Source: the human T2T-CHM13v2.0 reference genome, Homo sapiens. Taken from it: 64,000 nt of DNA. Positions 27,531-41,719 of this stretch are shown here, piece by piece. The position numbers were made by a program, and so were the translations under genes. Position 1 is the stretch's first letter. Each line of letters begins with the position of its first letter. The notes under the pieces are model-generated. The model saw nothing but the letters and a program-made list of their open reading frames with translations. It was not told the origin of the DNA and did not search any database. Location of the stretch: the NCBI RefSeq assembly GCF_009914755.1, contig NC_060928.1; one strand, given 5' to 3'.

Positions 27531-30500
27531 AGAGTGCTTTCCATTTTTCTGTGCAAAATGTGTAATATTTCAGTTATGTTATGGAAGGGTGGAAAGTTTG
27601 GAATCTGTGAACTCTGCTGTCTCACCTCATCTGTTACTTCTTGAAAACTGCTCTGGGTCCTCATCTCCTCTCCACTGTGCCCTATGTGCCAGCACTTAGA
27701 ATAATGCCAAGTATATGTTAAGTACTGGAAAAATACTTGTTGAATGAATTATGTGTATTTAAACTCTCATGGAGGCCCAACCACCTCAAAAATGTTAGCA
27801 TTCTATTCATAGAGTGTCACTTCATATCAGTCATCAACAAAGAAAATCTCCCTAACATCTCCACACTTTGCAGCTAAATTCTATTTTATTGCACCTCAAC
27901 TTTACACATAAAATTCACAATAATCAACTTCTAAAAATCACTTTATATTTAATAGTATCTATTCTTAAATGAAAGCACAGGAAATTTCATAAAAAGAGAG
28001 ACTGATGACAGATTGCTGGAGGAACGAGCTCCAGGGTCCCTCTAGTGGCCTTGAAGAGCTGACACCCTCCCCAAAGTACCAAACATTCCTCAGCAATCAA
28101 CATCCAACAAACACCAAGGCTGTGTCTGGGCTGGGGAGCCCCACCCGGCTGCAGAGATAGTGAAATGACTCCACACTTGGCTACACAGGAACGTCGAAGA
28201 GAAAAACACAAAGCATGTCACAAGGTGACATGTGACACATTACCTAGTAACAATAACTGAATAACTGGGGAAATAGCATCTTGTGCACCCCTCTTTTTCC
28301 TACATCTTCCTTTTTACCCCTCTGTGACCCCCACTTTTCCCCAAAAAGCATGCACGTGCCCACACGCATGCCACATAGACTGTTGTGCCTCACACTTAGT
28401 AGGCCTGGAGCAAAGGTATTAAGGAACTCTCAAATCATTTCGTCTAAATATTTAAAAGTTATAATCAAGCTAACTGTTAAATGTTAATATCTTCTATTAT
28501 TTCACTGTGATAAATATGCTTCCATGAAAACAAAATAAAAACATATGTGTAAAACTATGATTTTTATATGACTAAACACAGATAAAACACCAGAGACTTC
28601 TAAATTTAAATATTATTGCTTAGCTGAGTATTCTGTAATGAGCCAGAATTGCTTGGATGAATAATAAAGACATTCCTAAGTCATACAGTTTAAGTATTCT
28701 ATAACATGTCTTTGTTCTTTCTACATTTCAGCAAGATCAAAAATTATGCTTTTATAATCTAGATTTTCACATAATTTACATTCTATTGACAGTAATGCCA
28801 ATTAGACCACCTTTCTTAACTCACTGTAATTTTTAGAGAGTTCCTTATTATTTTCAATTTGGAAAAACTTTGTTGAAGCAGTGACAGCCGGGATTGTCAA
28901 CAAAATTCTTAAATCCATACTTGTAACTCAAATTGAACCCTGAGTTATATTATCATGTTCAATCCTTTTAATGGGGTCACCTAGGTTAGATTATTTTTAT
29001 AATATAAAATATTAGAAAGTATTTTAATTTTATTATTAAAATCACTATCACTTATATTGTAATACTTACTCTCTTAAAGCAATATCCAGACCTACTTATT
29101 TCTTAAATTTCATTTCTTTTGATTTTTTGTGCAATGTAAACAAAACTGAAAATTGCAGTCTGTTGCTCAATTTGTTTAAATGTCTATTTATTTGAGACTA
29201 TACCTTCAACCAAAATAGCGAGAAAATAGTCCCCATAAGAAATTAACCTCAAAACTATTATCTCAAGGCCTGGTGCAGGGCTGTCACCCTGGCACGCACC
29301 TTCTCTTCTTTCTTCAGCTGCCTTCTTATTCCTGGAAGTGTATTTCCAGAATCTTAGTTCCATTATTCCCTCTCACTAGATAGGTAGTTTACCTAGGTTT
29401 ATAATTCCACAGTTGTTTTCATTCAGAATATTGAAGGAATTGTGCCACTGCTCTCCAGCATTGATGTGGGGAAGTCCACTACCATTCAGCTTCCAGGTCC
29501 CTTGTGTGTGACCTGTTTGATTATTCTCAAAGTCTTTAGCATATTTTCTTCCCCGATATTTGCATGACTGGTTCTTTCTCATTATACAATTCCCTACTGA
29601 CACCTTGAGGGACCTTTTCTGAACAGTCAATCAAAAGAAGCTCCCACACATCACTCTCACATCACCATGCTTTAGTTTCATCAAGGTAGGTTATTACTAT
29701 ATGATATTTTCTTGTTTTGCTCATTTCTATATTTTATGTTTCCATTGAATAAACTGTAAGCTCCTCAAGAATTTGCTTCTGAATTTCCAGTGCCTAGGAC
29801 AATGAACAGGAACTCAATAAATGTTTATTGAATAAGTAAATGAAAGCATTACTGTCATAAGTGGAATAAAAACAGCCTTCTGATTTTATTTCAAAATTAT
29901 GTAAAACAGGATCATGTCGAGGGCCTCATCTTTGTCATGGTGCTTAGATTTACTGCAAACATGTCTTCTGCCCATAGCTAATCCTAAATCAGGAGCCTTA
30001 AATCTTTAACTAAAATATAACTTTGGAGAAGTTAAACTTATTTGTTAATTATGATTTAAAAAAATAATTTAGCCTCTCACAAAAGCTGAAGGCTTTGACA
30101 GCCATCCTCCTTTCTAAATATAAATATGCCTATCAGCTCATTCTGATACTCAAGGCACATTTAGCAGCTAGTTTATCCTAGTAGGTTCATCAGAAGGAAC
30201 TTTCCTGAAATCAGGAGAGGTCACACTGAGTTTCTAGTATGGTCAAGGAGGTGATCAGCCCTTTAAATATTTTAAATCTCAAACTGTATCTCTTCCGTGC
30301 TTTGTGTTACAGGACTTGAGGATCCCAGGGGAGAACTTGTTCAAGGTTGGACCAGGTTCAAAGCTCCTTCTCTGTAGAAGTGTAGCCCTGCCTAAAGTTA
30401 TCTTGTTAACGCTGGAAAGATACAGGAAAATCTTCCATCAGAGCAAGAATTCAAGTTAGGCTCCAAATTTCATGGCAGATTATCCCTCTGCCATCTGGTA

Positions 30501-30824
30501 TCTAAAGAATTATTAATCAATGTTTAAATTAGCAATATAGCTGACTGGCACCTCTTGAATGACTTGTCAGAGTTCAACCACAATCTCACTATAATCCAGT
30601 ATTTGCCAAAAGCTTGTGTAAGGCAACTAGAATTTAGACACATGGTATAAGGAAGGGTTTTAACTACTATTCTTTAGGCTTTCTCTGCTGTGCCTCGCAT
30701 TAAATAATATATCCTCAGAAAGCAATATCCTTGGGTCAAATTATTTTTCCCCACTACAAAAAATAAATATTTAACAGTTGATGTTGTCATCTTGCTTACA
30801 GTAGAGCAGCAACATAAGGAAGGC

Positions 30825-31065
30825 AGTCCAGCAAAGTATATAAGAACACAGGCTTCGGTATAAGGCAGCCTTGGTACTAATCCAAGCTTTGCCATTAGGA
30901 ACTGAGCATCTTTGGGTTTGCTATTTAACCTCTCTAAGTCATACTCTCCTAATTACAACAGCACTTGCCCCCTAGGTTATTAGGAAGATCAAATGAAGTA
31001 ATTCATCTAACGTTCTAGGCATAGTCCTTGAGCATTTAATGAATGTTAATTGTAATTATTATTGT
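30825..31065 (+). mobile_element. MIR
   Basis: TATTTAACCTCTCTAAGTC...GGTTATTAGGAAGATCAAATGA. Confidence 0.7.
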
Positions 31066-31473
31066 AAGAAATTATATACTTGAACATTTCCAGATTCTTT
31101 GCAAACTCTTGGCTGAAAGCATCATTCATTACACTGCAAAAAATAATTTCCTCTTAGCTGAGTGCTAACACAGAACTGGCTCTTCAAATACACTTGAGAT
31201 TTTCCTTAATCAGGTGGAGAGAAGCATATGACCAATCATGTTTTCTTTCCAGAAGGAAACTCAGGTATTTGCCATAATAATCTCTTCCAGATTGCTCTAT
31301 TTTTTTTGCTTTTTTTCCCCTTAACTGGCTTTCCTTTTTATTTTGTTTTTAGCTGTTCACTTTTATATCATGTTTAACTATATAGCTTGTGGATCTGCCA
31401 TTCACTAGCTGAGTAAACCTGGAGGGGTTATTTAACATCTAAAGTTCCACTTTCTTCATCTGTCAAATGAGAA

Positions 31474-31961
31474 TTGTTGTAGACACCAGTGATACTATCT
31501 TTTCAGCATCCCTTTTTGATAACCACTCCTCTACTCCATCCACATTCCCTTGATACCATTAAAGGGGCCCAGCCCTCTAAGCACTTAGATTAGTCTAGAA
31601 GTGATCATCTAATTCAAGCTGAACCAGGAAGACACTTGCCAGAGATTTTGGATTTAGGACTGAAAGAGTCAGGTCAATTTCCTTCTAGTAGCTGAAATTA
31701 TAAGACAAACCTCAGGAACTGCTAGTGGCTATGTATCCCACTTATGGAAAAGATAGCCTACAGTGAAAGAAAAGAATGATACTAAGAGACAGGAAAGAGA
31801 AGGAGGGAGAGTCCTAGGGGTTCTAATGTTTCCTAGGTTCTTGTTTTTCCTGTAGCTTGGCTGTTCTATTAGTCATCTAGTATCTTTCCAGTAAGTTGTC
31901 CTTTGTGCATATATAATTTTGTTTGATTTCTATCACTTGAAACCAATATAGTTCTAATACA
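31474..31961 (+). mobile_element. Old MLT1 (J/K-like) MaLR LTR inserted in a MIR (31385-31473 and 31962-32080)
   Basis: TG start; end TTTCTATCACTTGAAACCAATATAGTTCTAATACA; MIR halves on both sides. Confidence 0.65.
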
Positions 31962-32482
31962 TAAGAAATAATCCCTACACTGAGTAGTTGTTATAAAAAG
32001 TAAATGAGATCAAATAATTAAGTGCTAAGCATATTACCTGGTATATGATACGTGCTCAAGAAATTGTGCCTATTAATATTATTTAGAAGATGTGGATATA
32101 AATATAAATTATAAGTCAGACAATTAATAAAAACAATTTTAATAATTTGCAAATCTTCTTGCAATTTCAAAATCAATCAAAGGATTATTTGATTCTGGAT
32201 CTTCAAAGAATTGTAAAATAAATGCTCTGAATAAATTTTGCTATATAATATTGTATAAATGCAATTGAGAGACTCTCATATAGTAAATAATCTTAGAGAA
32301 TAATGAAGTCCAGACCAGTGATCCACAATTTCTTTCTTAACTCACTTGTTTAGAGTAAACATATACAGGGAAGGTGGAAAAACAATGCAGACTTACATTC
32401 CAGTTACCCCACATATATAGGAATAAGTCTGACATACATAAATGTACAAAAACTGACTTAGCTGCATAAACAGTCATGTTTA

Positions 32483-32698
<216 letters not shown>

Positions 32699-33143
32699 CT
32701 ATATGGGAACAAAAACCAAAGAGATTATAAGAAGAAAAAAGATGATTCATACAGACAAGGAAATAGAGTTTACTGCTTTTTATTTATAAGAGGAAAATTG
32801 TATGTCTATTCTATGTGTAAAGAAGTATTTTTAGATATATAAAATTTCTCTTTTTTACATGTATTTTCATTTATTAGATTCTGCTGTTACTGTTTGTTCG
32901 TGTTAGAACACGTATACACTCTTATTTTGATGAATATGAATAGAATATGAATTATGCACATCTGTTATTCAATATTAAATTGCTGATACTTGAAAAAAAA
33001 CAAAAAAAAACCTCCAAATTTTACAACATGAATCAAGTATTTATCTTATACTTGTCAATATATTGACTCTTTGTTCTCCTTAAACTCACAAGCCTAATAA
33101 CTGGACCATTCTCATAATTCTAAAAATAAAATTTCTGTCTTTA

Positions 33144-33329
<186 letters not shown>

Positions 33330-35622
33330 CTAAGGGAGAAAAAAGGGCAATTCAAGTAAAACCAAGAAATTTAACTTGATTTCTGGAAAATAATACCAGT
33401 ATGCAATTCTCACCAATGTTCTAAGTCTCTCTTCACATCCAAGTAATATTGGAAACTTAGCTGCCAAAAATCACAAAACAAAAACTTTGAAATTTGAATG
33501 ACAAAACTGTATGAGATGGCACAAAAACCTTACAACTAGAAGTCTCATTAAATAAAGCCACCAGAGAATCTTACAGTTTCCCACCTATAACACCTACAGC
33601 AATATTTGCCTTGAAAGAGTAAACTTTTAGCAGTAAAGCAGCAGCTCTGATTCTCATCTTTAGAATACGATATTAGGTCTAGATAATGAAGATAAATGAG
33701 ATATTGATTACCTACTGTCTCTAAAAGTAATATATTAGTCCATGATATCCAGAATCAAACTTTTAAAACAAATATGGCAGGCCACTTGGATTACTGTTTT
33801 CCCAAGAGAAATCCTCTTATACCTACAGAACTGTGATAAATCCTAAAAAGGTAAATAAATCAAGGCCTAGGCCCAAGAATAAAAGCAAAAAGAAGATTTA
33901 AAATTGCCACCACTCTCTCTCTCTCTTTCACACACACACAGCAATAAGAATGGAATAATTCTTTCTTTAAAGGACAAAGAACTGGAGTTAGAGTTTGAAG
34001 TTATAAAGAGTCAAGATGTTCCTAACAGACAAGACACATAAACTTCAAATAAATAGAATCAGAGGAGAGACTAATGGGTGAAAAGCCACAACTTTACACC
34101 ATTCCACACATTGTAAATCTCCCCTCTGAAGCAAAATAGAAGATGTCTGGGTTCTTGTCCTATGTTTGCCTCTGGGGAGACATCATGGCCGCATCCTCAT
34201 TTGAATAACTTCTTTGTGCCTGTTTATACAATGCAAAATGGCTATATAAATATAAATGTTCCATTTACCTAACATTGAGGTTATGAAAATAAAGTGAAAT
34301 AAGAAAAGGAAAATCATTTTGCTACAAAAAACTCTATGAAAATTTGAGAGATTATTACAAAGACAGATTCTTTATATTGTTAAACTTCAAGAAAATAGAA
34401 AACCTTAACATCATCAATGTAGAGTCTTTAGTCCACATACAGTATTAGTTTGTTTAATTTACTTTGACCCATAAAGCAGATGAGATAATAAATACATATA
34501 TTATATCATATTAAATGTATTATGTATATAATACTCTTTTAAATCAGAAAATCTGTATTGTCATCCTAGCTTTGTTACTAGCTGATTGTAAGGCTATAAT
34601 CAAATTATTTAACCACCCTAAATTTTAATATTTTTTATCTCTACAATTGAGGCTGTGAAATAGATATTATCTTAGGTCCTAGATCAAATAATGATAATAA
34701 ATCTATAACTCTAAAAAGTTATATACCCACTTTCATGTATAGCTTGAAAAATTAAAGGAAGCTTTAGTTATAATTTTCTAAAAATTACGAGATAAGGGTG
34801 GTACTCCCTGAAATACTATTAATATTTTCTCTCTGTATGGGGTTTGTCTCTCCCTGTGTGTGTGCATTGTGGGTGGCAGATACAGTCCATGTATACATAT
34901 ATTTCTCTAGTTCCCCTTTGTGGATCCCTTCTATGAAAGTCTCTTTCTCCTTTCCTTCCTCTTCAACATTGCCTCTCTTTTCCTTTCATTTATTTCCCTT
35001 CCTCCATTTCTCTTCCTTATATGGGCACAACACAGATTTGAAATAAATTGAATAGTGTGCACTATAGTCAAGATAGATCAATAACACATTTTATCAAAGA
35101 AAAAAAATAAGTTGCTATTTATTTATTAGTCCTCAATTGATATTTTTTCCACAGTTGGAAAAAATGAAAAGGTTTGTCAACCATGCTCTCATTTACTCTC
35201 TAGTCACTTATAACTGTAGTAAATATATGAGGGAATTTAGTGGTATATGTTAAATACATTATAAATTTACATTTGACATTTGCAGTACAGTTGACATTGC
35301 ATGCTCTTTAGAAAAATAAATAAATAAATAAATAATGAAACAGTGTGTGGAAAAATTAAATTTGCCAAGTGCAAGGCAGAATAAAGTTTTAAGGCCTTCT
35401 GAGGTGTCCCAGAGCTCTCTGAGCACGTCCTAGTGGCTGGCCTCCTAGAATATTAATTTTGTCTCTGATAGTGATATCCACTGCAGCTTGGGACAAGCCT
35501 TTACAATTGCTGTGATTCAGCTTTCTCTTATCCAAGACACTATAAACTAGACCATAAAACGCTGTAAGAATTATGGAGGCTAAAAACATACAAAGTGCTA
35601 AAACATTCAAAAGAAACAATTA

Positions 35623-35829
<207 letters not shown>

Positions 35830-36984
35830 TCAGAGGGAAAAGAGAGTAGAAATTAATCAGAGCAAGGAACCAAATGATGTTTTCCTGTACATTAAGCTTA
35901 AAAGTGTCTTTAAAAGCTTAAGACACATATCTTCTTTAAAAGAACAAAATCTACTCAATGAAAAGTATATAGAAAACTGAGAATACAAATATGGCATAGC
36001 AAGCATTAATAGTAATACTGTTTATGTTTTAATCAGCCCTAAATCATCATTATGGGATTAATGAGTTTTACAGCTTGCAGGGAAATTGGAGAACATCTAG
36101 AACAGCGAACAGCGACAAACAATCTGAGATCCACAGGCTCCAAGCCACCTAGTTTCATCTATGGCTCAAGGAATAGATTAAAACAGCATTTTGAAAAAAA
36201 AGAAAAAACAGGGGCAGTGTGAGCCTCAGGACAAAGGTATGGGGTGATGGGTGGGAGGGCAGGGATGGAGATGGGTCACAGTGAGCTAGCTTCAAGGTGA
36301 CCATAGCTGCTAACACTGAGTTTGTCACAATCATTTGTCTTCAGACTCCTGAGGACAGCATCTCCTCAGAGAAGGTGGCACCAGCAGCACCTCAGGTCCC
36401 CAGCTGGAGCCTCCTGGGAATGAAAGTCAGTCTGATGCAATAAGCACTCAGGAAGTGAGCACATGGGGCAGGAGGGAGCAGCTGCATTACATAACCCACC
36501 CTGTGAGACACAAATTAGGCAAAAATATTCCATACAGAAGAGATGCTGGTGACAGAAAAAGGTGGTGCATCTTTCATCTCTGGAGACCCAGGGCCTGGCA
36601 CCCAGTAGGCACACAATAAGTATTGCTTAGAATAAAATGAATGAATACTATCCTAAGCTCTATAGCTAATGGCATGTGTGACCTATTGCCTTTGGGCCTC
36701 AATTTCCCTCTCTCTATCTTAAAGGGGCTGGTGTAAGGACAAAATGGGAACACAAGTGAAACATACCCAGGACAGTCACCTATGTGTGGGTGCAGGCTGA
36801 GATACAACGTGGCCTCAGGGCTGTGCAACATGTGACTTTGCCTCTGGCCCCACACACTGTACACAAAGTACAGTGTGACAGAGGAGAAAGCTGCCTCTGC
36901 ATAGCCACTTCTTTAAAATATCCAGAAAGCATGTTTAAATGGTGGGCCACTTTTCTCCATGGCACTGTCAGTGGAGTACACTAG

Positions 36985-37225
36985 TAACACCTACAGCTCA
37001 GGGAGCATTTGCCATGTGCCAGGCCCTGTGCTAAGTGATCAACATATGTCAACTTATTTGAACCTCACAAAACCCTGTAAGAGAAATACTACTACCTCCT
37101 TCATACAGTTGGGGAAACCAAAGCAGATGGAATTCAAGTAACCTGCCAGAATCACGCAGATAGAAAGCTGGATTTTGAACCTGGACAGTCTGGCTCCCAG
37201 GCCCACATTTTTTAGCATATGCTTT
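36985..37225 (-). mobile_element. MIR
   Basis: GAGCATTTGCCATGTGCCAGGCCCTGTGCTAAG...GGATTTTGAACCTGGACAGTCTGGCTCC. Confidence 0.8.
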
Positions 37226-37919
37226 ATTATTCCTTTAGAGATAATCTCATTTTTCAAAAGCCCAAAGGACTCAATAAAACTGTAAAAATGTTTTCCTGAA
37301 TTATACATACTTTATTAACACGAGATTGTTCACTATAATTATTGTTAGTCTAGAATTTCTATGTACAAATAAACAAACTTAGTAAATGTTCATTCAGCCT
37401 AGATGACGTGGACCAAACCATGGCTCCTGCCACCACACACACACAAACACACACAAGTGCAAACACACACACAGAGTGATACAAAGTCACCTGTGCTAAG
37501 TACCAAATGAAAAGGTCAGATTATAAATGGTACTATGTAACCCCGAGAATCATCACAGCACTGACCATGACGACTGCATCTTCTCCAGACACTTTCCTAT
37601 CAGTTGCAGGTCCTGGCCATGCCCTACAACTTCACCTAACAGCCCACTTCATTCCCATTTATTACCTTATCACCTTAAACAATACTACTAGTCCCCACAG
37701 ACATTCCACTTGGAGAGAGTTCTCAATTCCACACCTTTTATCGTGGTAGATCTACATGGAATTTCTCTTAACACAAACATACTTCTATCCATCACTAGCC
37801 TACATGCCTTCATTCATTCAACAAATATTTATAATCTCATTGGGTAGACAAGATATATACATGTTGAAAACTAAAATTAAAAGGCAAAGAAATTGTTAAG
37901 TGCCAATAGAAGCAAAGCC

Positions 37920-38700
37920 ACATGCACATGTTAAACTCATCAGCTTCCCTGCAAACACCTGTTCCATTACCCTTGTTCACTACCTACATAAATAACAGGA
38001 ACAGTAGGATCAATTTCAGTTTTTCACTTTCCACCAATTAATTCCATAGACAACTGGTGATCAAACCCTACCAGTTCTGCTTCAGGCATCTCTCACCTCT
38101 AGCCTCTCCATCCTCATTGCCAGTGGTCTTGAAGTCAGACCCTCATCACCTCTCACTCCCTCATCTTATATAACATGACAGTTATCGATCTGGTGCCCCT
38201 CCTACTAGCTGACATGGCCTACAGACTTATACTAAATCACAAAAGTGATCATCTCATGCCCCCATTTGAAATCGCCCCTCATAAACTGACCCTTGCACAG
38301 CCTCTCCAGTGTTATTTACCCCCTTCTCAACATGGCCTTTACCCAAACACTATGTTTTCCCAACCGAGCTTTACCTTTACACTGTGGTTCTCTGTCTGAA
38401 AACACTTTCCTATCTTCCTTGCCTAAGAAAGTCATACGTGGCCTTCCAAGCCAACACAAAGATCTCCTCTATGAAGCTTCCCTGCTCTCCAGGCAGTACT
38501 CCCTGGCTGGTCAGGATTCCCATTACTCTTTGTTCACTTACCACTTCTTGTGTGCTACAGTAATTTTATCACTGATATATTTGCCTACATCATATAAACT
38601 GTGTGATTCTCAATGAGAAGGGCTATGTTTTATTCATCCTCAGTGCCTAGAAAATTGTCCACGAAAAAGCACACATTCCTTGCTGAATGAATTGATAAAT
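37920..38700 (+). mobile_element. L2 3' region
   Basis: Pyrimidine-rich L2 blocks ending CAGTGCCTAG...GCTGAATGAAT. Confidence 0.6.
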
Positions 38701-39094
38701 TCCCCATTTCAAGGTGCAGCAGAACTCTGTCAAAAAGAAATACCAATCGATCTGCTTATCCAACTTTCTAACTTTCTTTGCCCTTGCACATTTATCAGCA
38801 CAACTTGGGGGATGGTGGGAGTGTAATTCATCACATTCTAAGCACACTGCATAGCTTCCCCTTCTTGTATTGTTAGAACATCATTCAGAAAAAAATGTCT
38901 GGAGTTTCCATTCAACTGAAGCACTTTCCACTTAACTGAAGCACCAAAAGTATACATTAGTATGAATCTATTCCTTGGACATCTCCATATATACGTGGGA
39001 CTTTCTCAAACGATCTGTTTCAGAGAGGGACCAGTCTCCTTATAAGTGAACCCTGAAAGATTTTAATAGATTTCAAAGAAATACAGTCAGGATA

Positions 39095-39550
39095 GTTTAC
39101 ATTTATTGACTGTCCACTGTGTAAGATTCTTCTAAGAACTTTACCTATTTTAACTCATTTAATTCTCACAACAACCCTATGAGATAGGTGCTGCTATTTT
39201 TCCCATTTTAATAGTGAGGAAATATGGTTCTATTATGATACCCATTTTGCAGACCTGCATACAGCCCAGGCTTCAATTTTTGCCTGGCCCCATTTAACTG
39301 TGAAACTGTATAGAATGGTGTTTAACAGTGTGAACTCTGGAGCCAGAGGATTTGTGTTCAAATCCCAGCTCATCCCCTCACTGGCATCATAGGTTGGTTC
39401 CTTGACTTCCCTAAGTTTCAGTTTTCTCATATTTAAAATGCAGATTAAAATAGCTCCTATTTCATAGAGTTATTACAAGAATAAAATAAAACCAGTTAAT
39501 GCTGTCCCTGGAATATAGCAAGCCTTTAATAAATGTTGATTACAATTATG
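39095..39550. mobile_element. Two MIRs in opposite orientation (~39095-39230 minus; ~39305-39550 plus)
   Basis: TCTCACAACAACCCTATGAGATAGG (minus core) and GAACTCTGGAGCCAGAGG...TTCAAATCCCAGCTC (plus). Confidence 0.8.
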
Positions 39551-40723
39551 TTTAAAAAATTAGTAAGTAGACCATGATATAAATGTTAGTTCATTTAATT
39601 CACTGTTACTCAGTGAAAAGAAGAACAAACTAAGAATCAGGAGCTCTCATTTCACCTTAGGTACGACACCTACAAGAAGCCACTTAACCTCTCTGGAACT
39701 TGGACTTACATCACTAGTTGTATTACAGAGTTGGACAATATGATCTCCAAGGATGCTTCAATTAATATTCTTTATTTTATCTACTATATGAATTAAATAT
39801 GATTCTGCAACTTCATCAAAAAGTGAGGCAATTTCAGACCATTAAATTATTACTAAAATGCAATTAATTTCTCTCCTAGAGAATTTAACTTATCATCAGT
39901 TTACTGTACTCATCAATATCATTTTATAAAGCACATGAAATACTTTCAAAAATAAAATGTGAGGCCTCTGAGAAATTTTACTGTCTACCCACTGAAATGT
40001 CAACATAAATGTATTCAAATTTTTGTATCATTTGGATTGTTTTTATGTTGATTTTTTATTGCTTTGGATGAGCTAAAGACTTGACTCTTCATTAAGTGAA
40101 AAGTTATATGAAAAATCCAGTGCATTTAATTATTTTAAAATGTTTTTCTTAGTGAGAAAAACAATAGGATAACACAGGGGCCAGGGAATGTGGTGAACCT
40201 ATGAACACATGTATAAGAACAAAGACATTCTTCTTCCTCTGTGCCAGGCATTGTTCTAGGCACTTACGTATATTAACTCATTTGATACTCCCAACAATTC
40301 TATAAAGGTACTATTAAAGTAACTGACCCATAGAGATATTAAATAATCATACAGCTGCACTAAAATAAAACAATCAAGATATCACATCAAAAAGGCAATA
40401 GAGTGCCAAGTTAAACATCTTAGATGAGTAGTAACAAGCACTCTACTAGTTTCCCTAAATTCCCCTGGAAACATTTCCATATCTTCTCCCCCCGATCCCA
40501 CTCCACTCCAGCCTCATTTCAATTCCTAAGACAATATGCACCCTAAGAGGCATTTCTCTTTTTATTGGGTTATCTGTCTGAATATTTGGTGATCCCATAA
40601 CTTAGAATTGCTGACTTTTCCATTTTATGACTTTGTAGTGTTGTCCCTAGAATTCTACCTCTCACACCCTCCTTCTGACTTCCCAGTTCTCAACTCCTGG
40701 TTCCTGAAACAGAGTAACCTAGT

Positions 40724-40827
40724 CAACTGGGGTTTAAAAATTACTTTTGAATATGAGTAATTAACTTGCACAGAGCAACTGGGGTTAAAAAATTACTTTT
40801 GAATATAAGTAAGTAACCTGCACAGAG
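40724..40827. repeat. 52-bp tandem duplication
   Basis: CAACTGGGGTTWAAAAATTACTTTTGAATATRAGTAAKTAACYTGCACAGAG x2, 4 mismatches. Confidence 0.95.
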
Positions 40828-40899
40828 TAGAGTATTTGCTTTTTCTGAAACCTCACTTCCTGTACCTAGAGTTATGCACGTTAGATGTAGTTATTTAAC

Positions 40900-41625
40900 A
40901 GACCTAACTAACAGGCCTACCACAGCACCTAGGTACTGAATAATGTTCGAAGTACTTTACAAATATTAAGTCATTTAATCTTTACAGCAAGCCCATAAGA
41001 AAGGTACTATTTTAGATGAGGAAGCTGAGGCAGGAAAAGGTTAAAGTCATGTTCTCAACATAGCTGGAAAATTACAGAGCTGGGATTTGAGCCCAGGTAA
41101 ACTGGCTTCAGAGTCTGTGCTTTTACTGTGCAATACTATTAGTCAAGGGTAGTATCCTAAAGCGTTTGCTGAATTTACTTTTTAATGTAAAGTGCAAACT
41201 GTATTAAACAGGCTTGTAGAAATATAAATATACTCTAGCAAAAATATTTGCTTGAACAATTAGCAATTCAAAATTACTAATACTTCAAAATTGAAATTAC
41301 TGTTATTCACAAAATTGCAAATTATATTGATAAATGATACTTGGTGATTTCTATGCTTTGTATATATAAATACAGAATATCAATGAGAACATGGGTTCTG
41401 AAGCCAAGACAACCTGGGCTGAATCTGGCTCTACCACATGCAAGTTGTGTAACTTTGAGCAAATGACTTTAATCTCCCTGTACCTTTGTTTTCTTGGCTG
41501 TAAAATGGGAATAGTAGTGTCTACATCATATAGTTGCATGAAATTAATATATGAATATGTAAAGTACTTCAAAGAGTGCCTGTCATATAGTAAGTACCAC
41601 AAAAGAATTGGCTATCATCATTGTT
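40900..41625. mobile_element. Two MIRs (~40900-41140 minus; ~41375-41625 plus)
   Basis: TAGATGAGGAAGCTGAGGC...GGGATTTGAGCCCAGG; CTGTAAAATGGGAATAGTAGT. Confidence 0.8.
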
Positions 41626-41719
41626 ATTTTTGTCATTGTTGTTGTTATTTCTTTTATTCATATAGAGGGAGACTGAAGTGTACATGCACAAAGGAATCCG
41701 GAAATGAAAACAGGCACTT

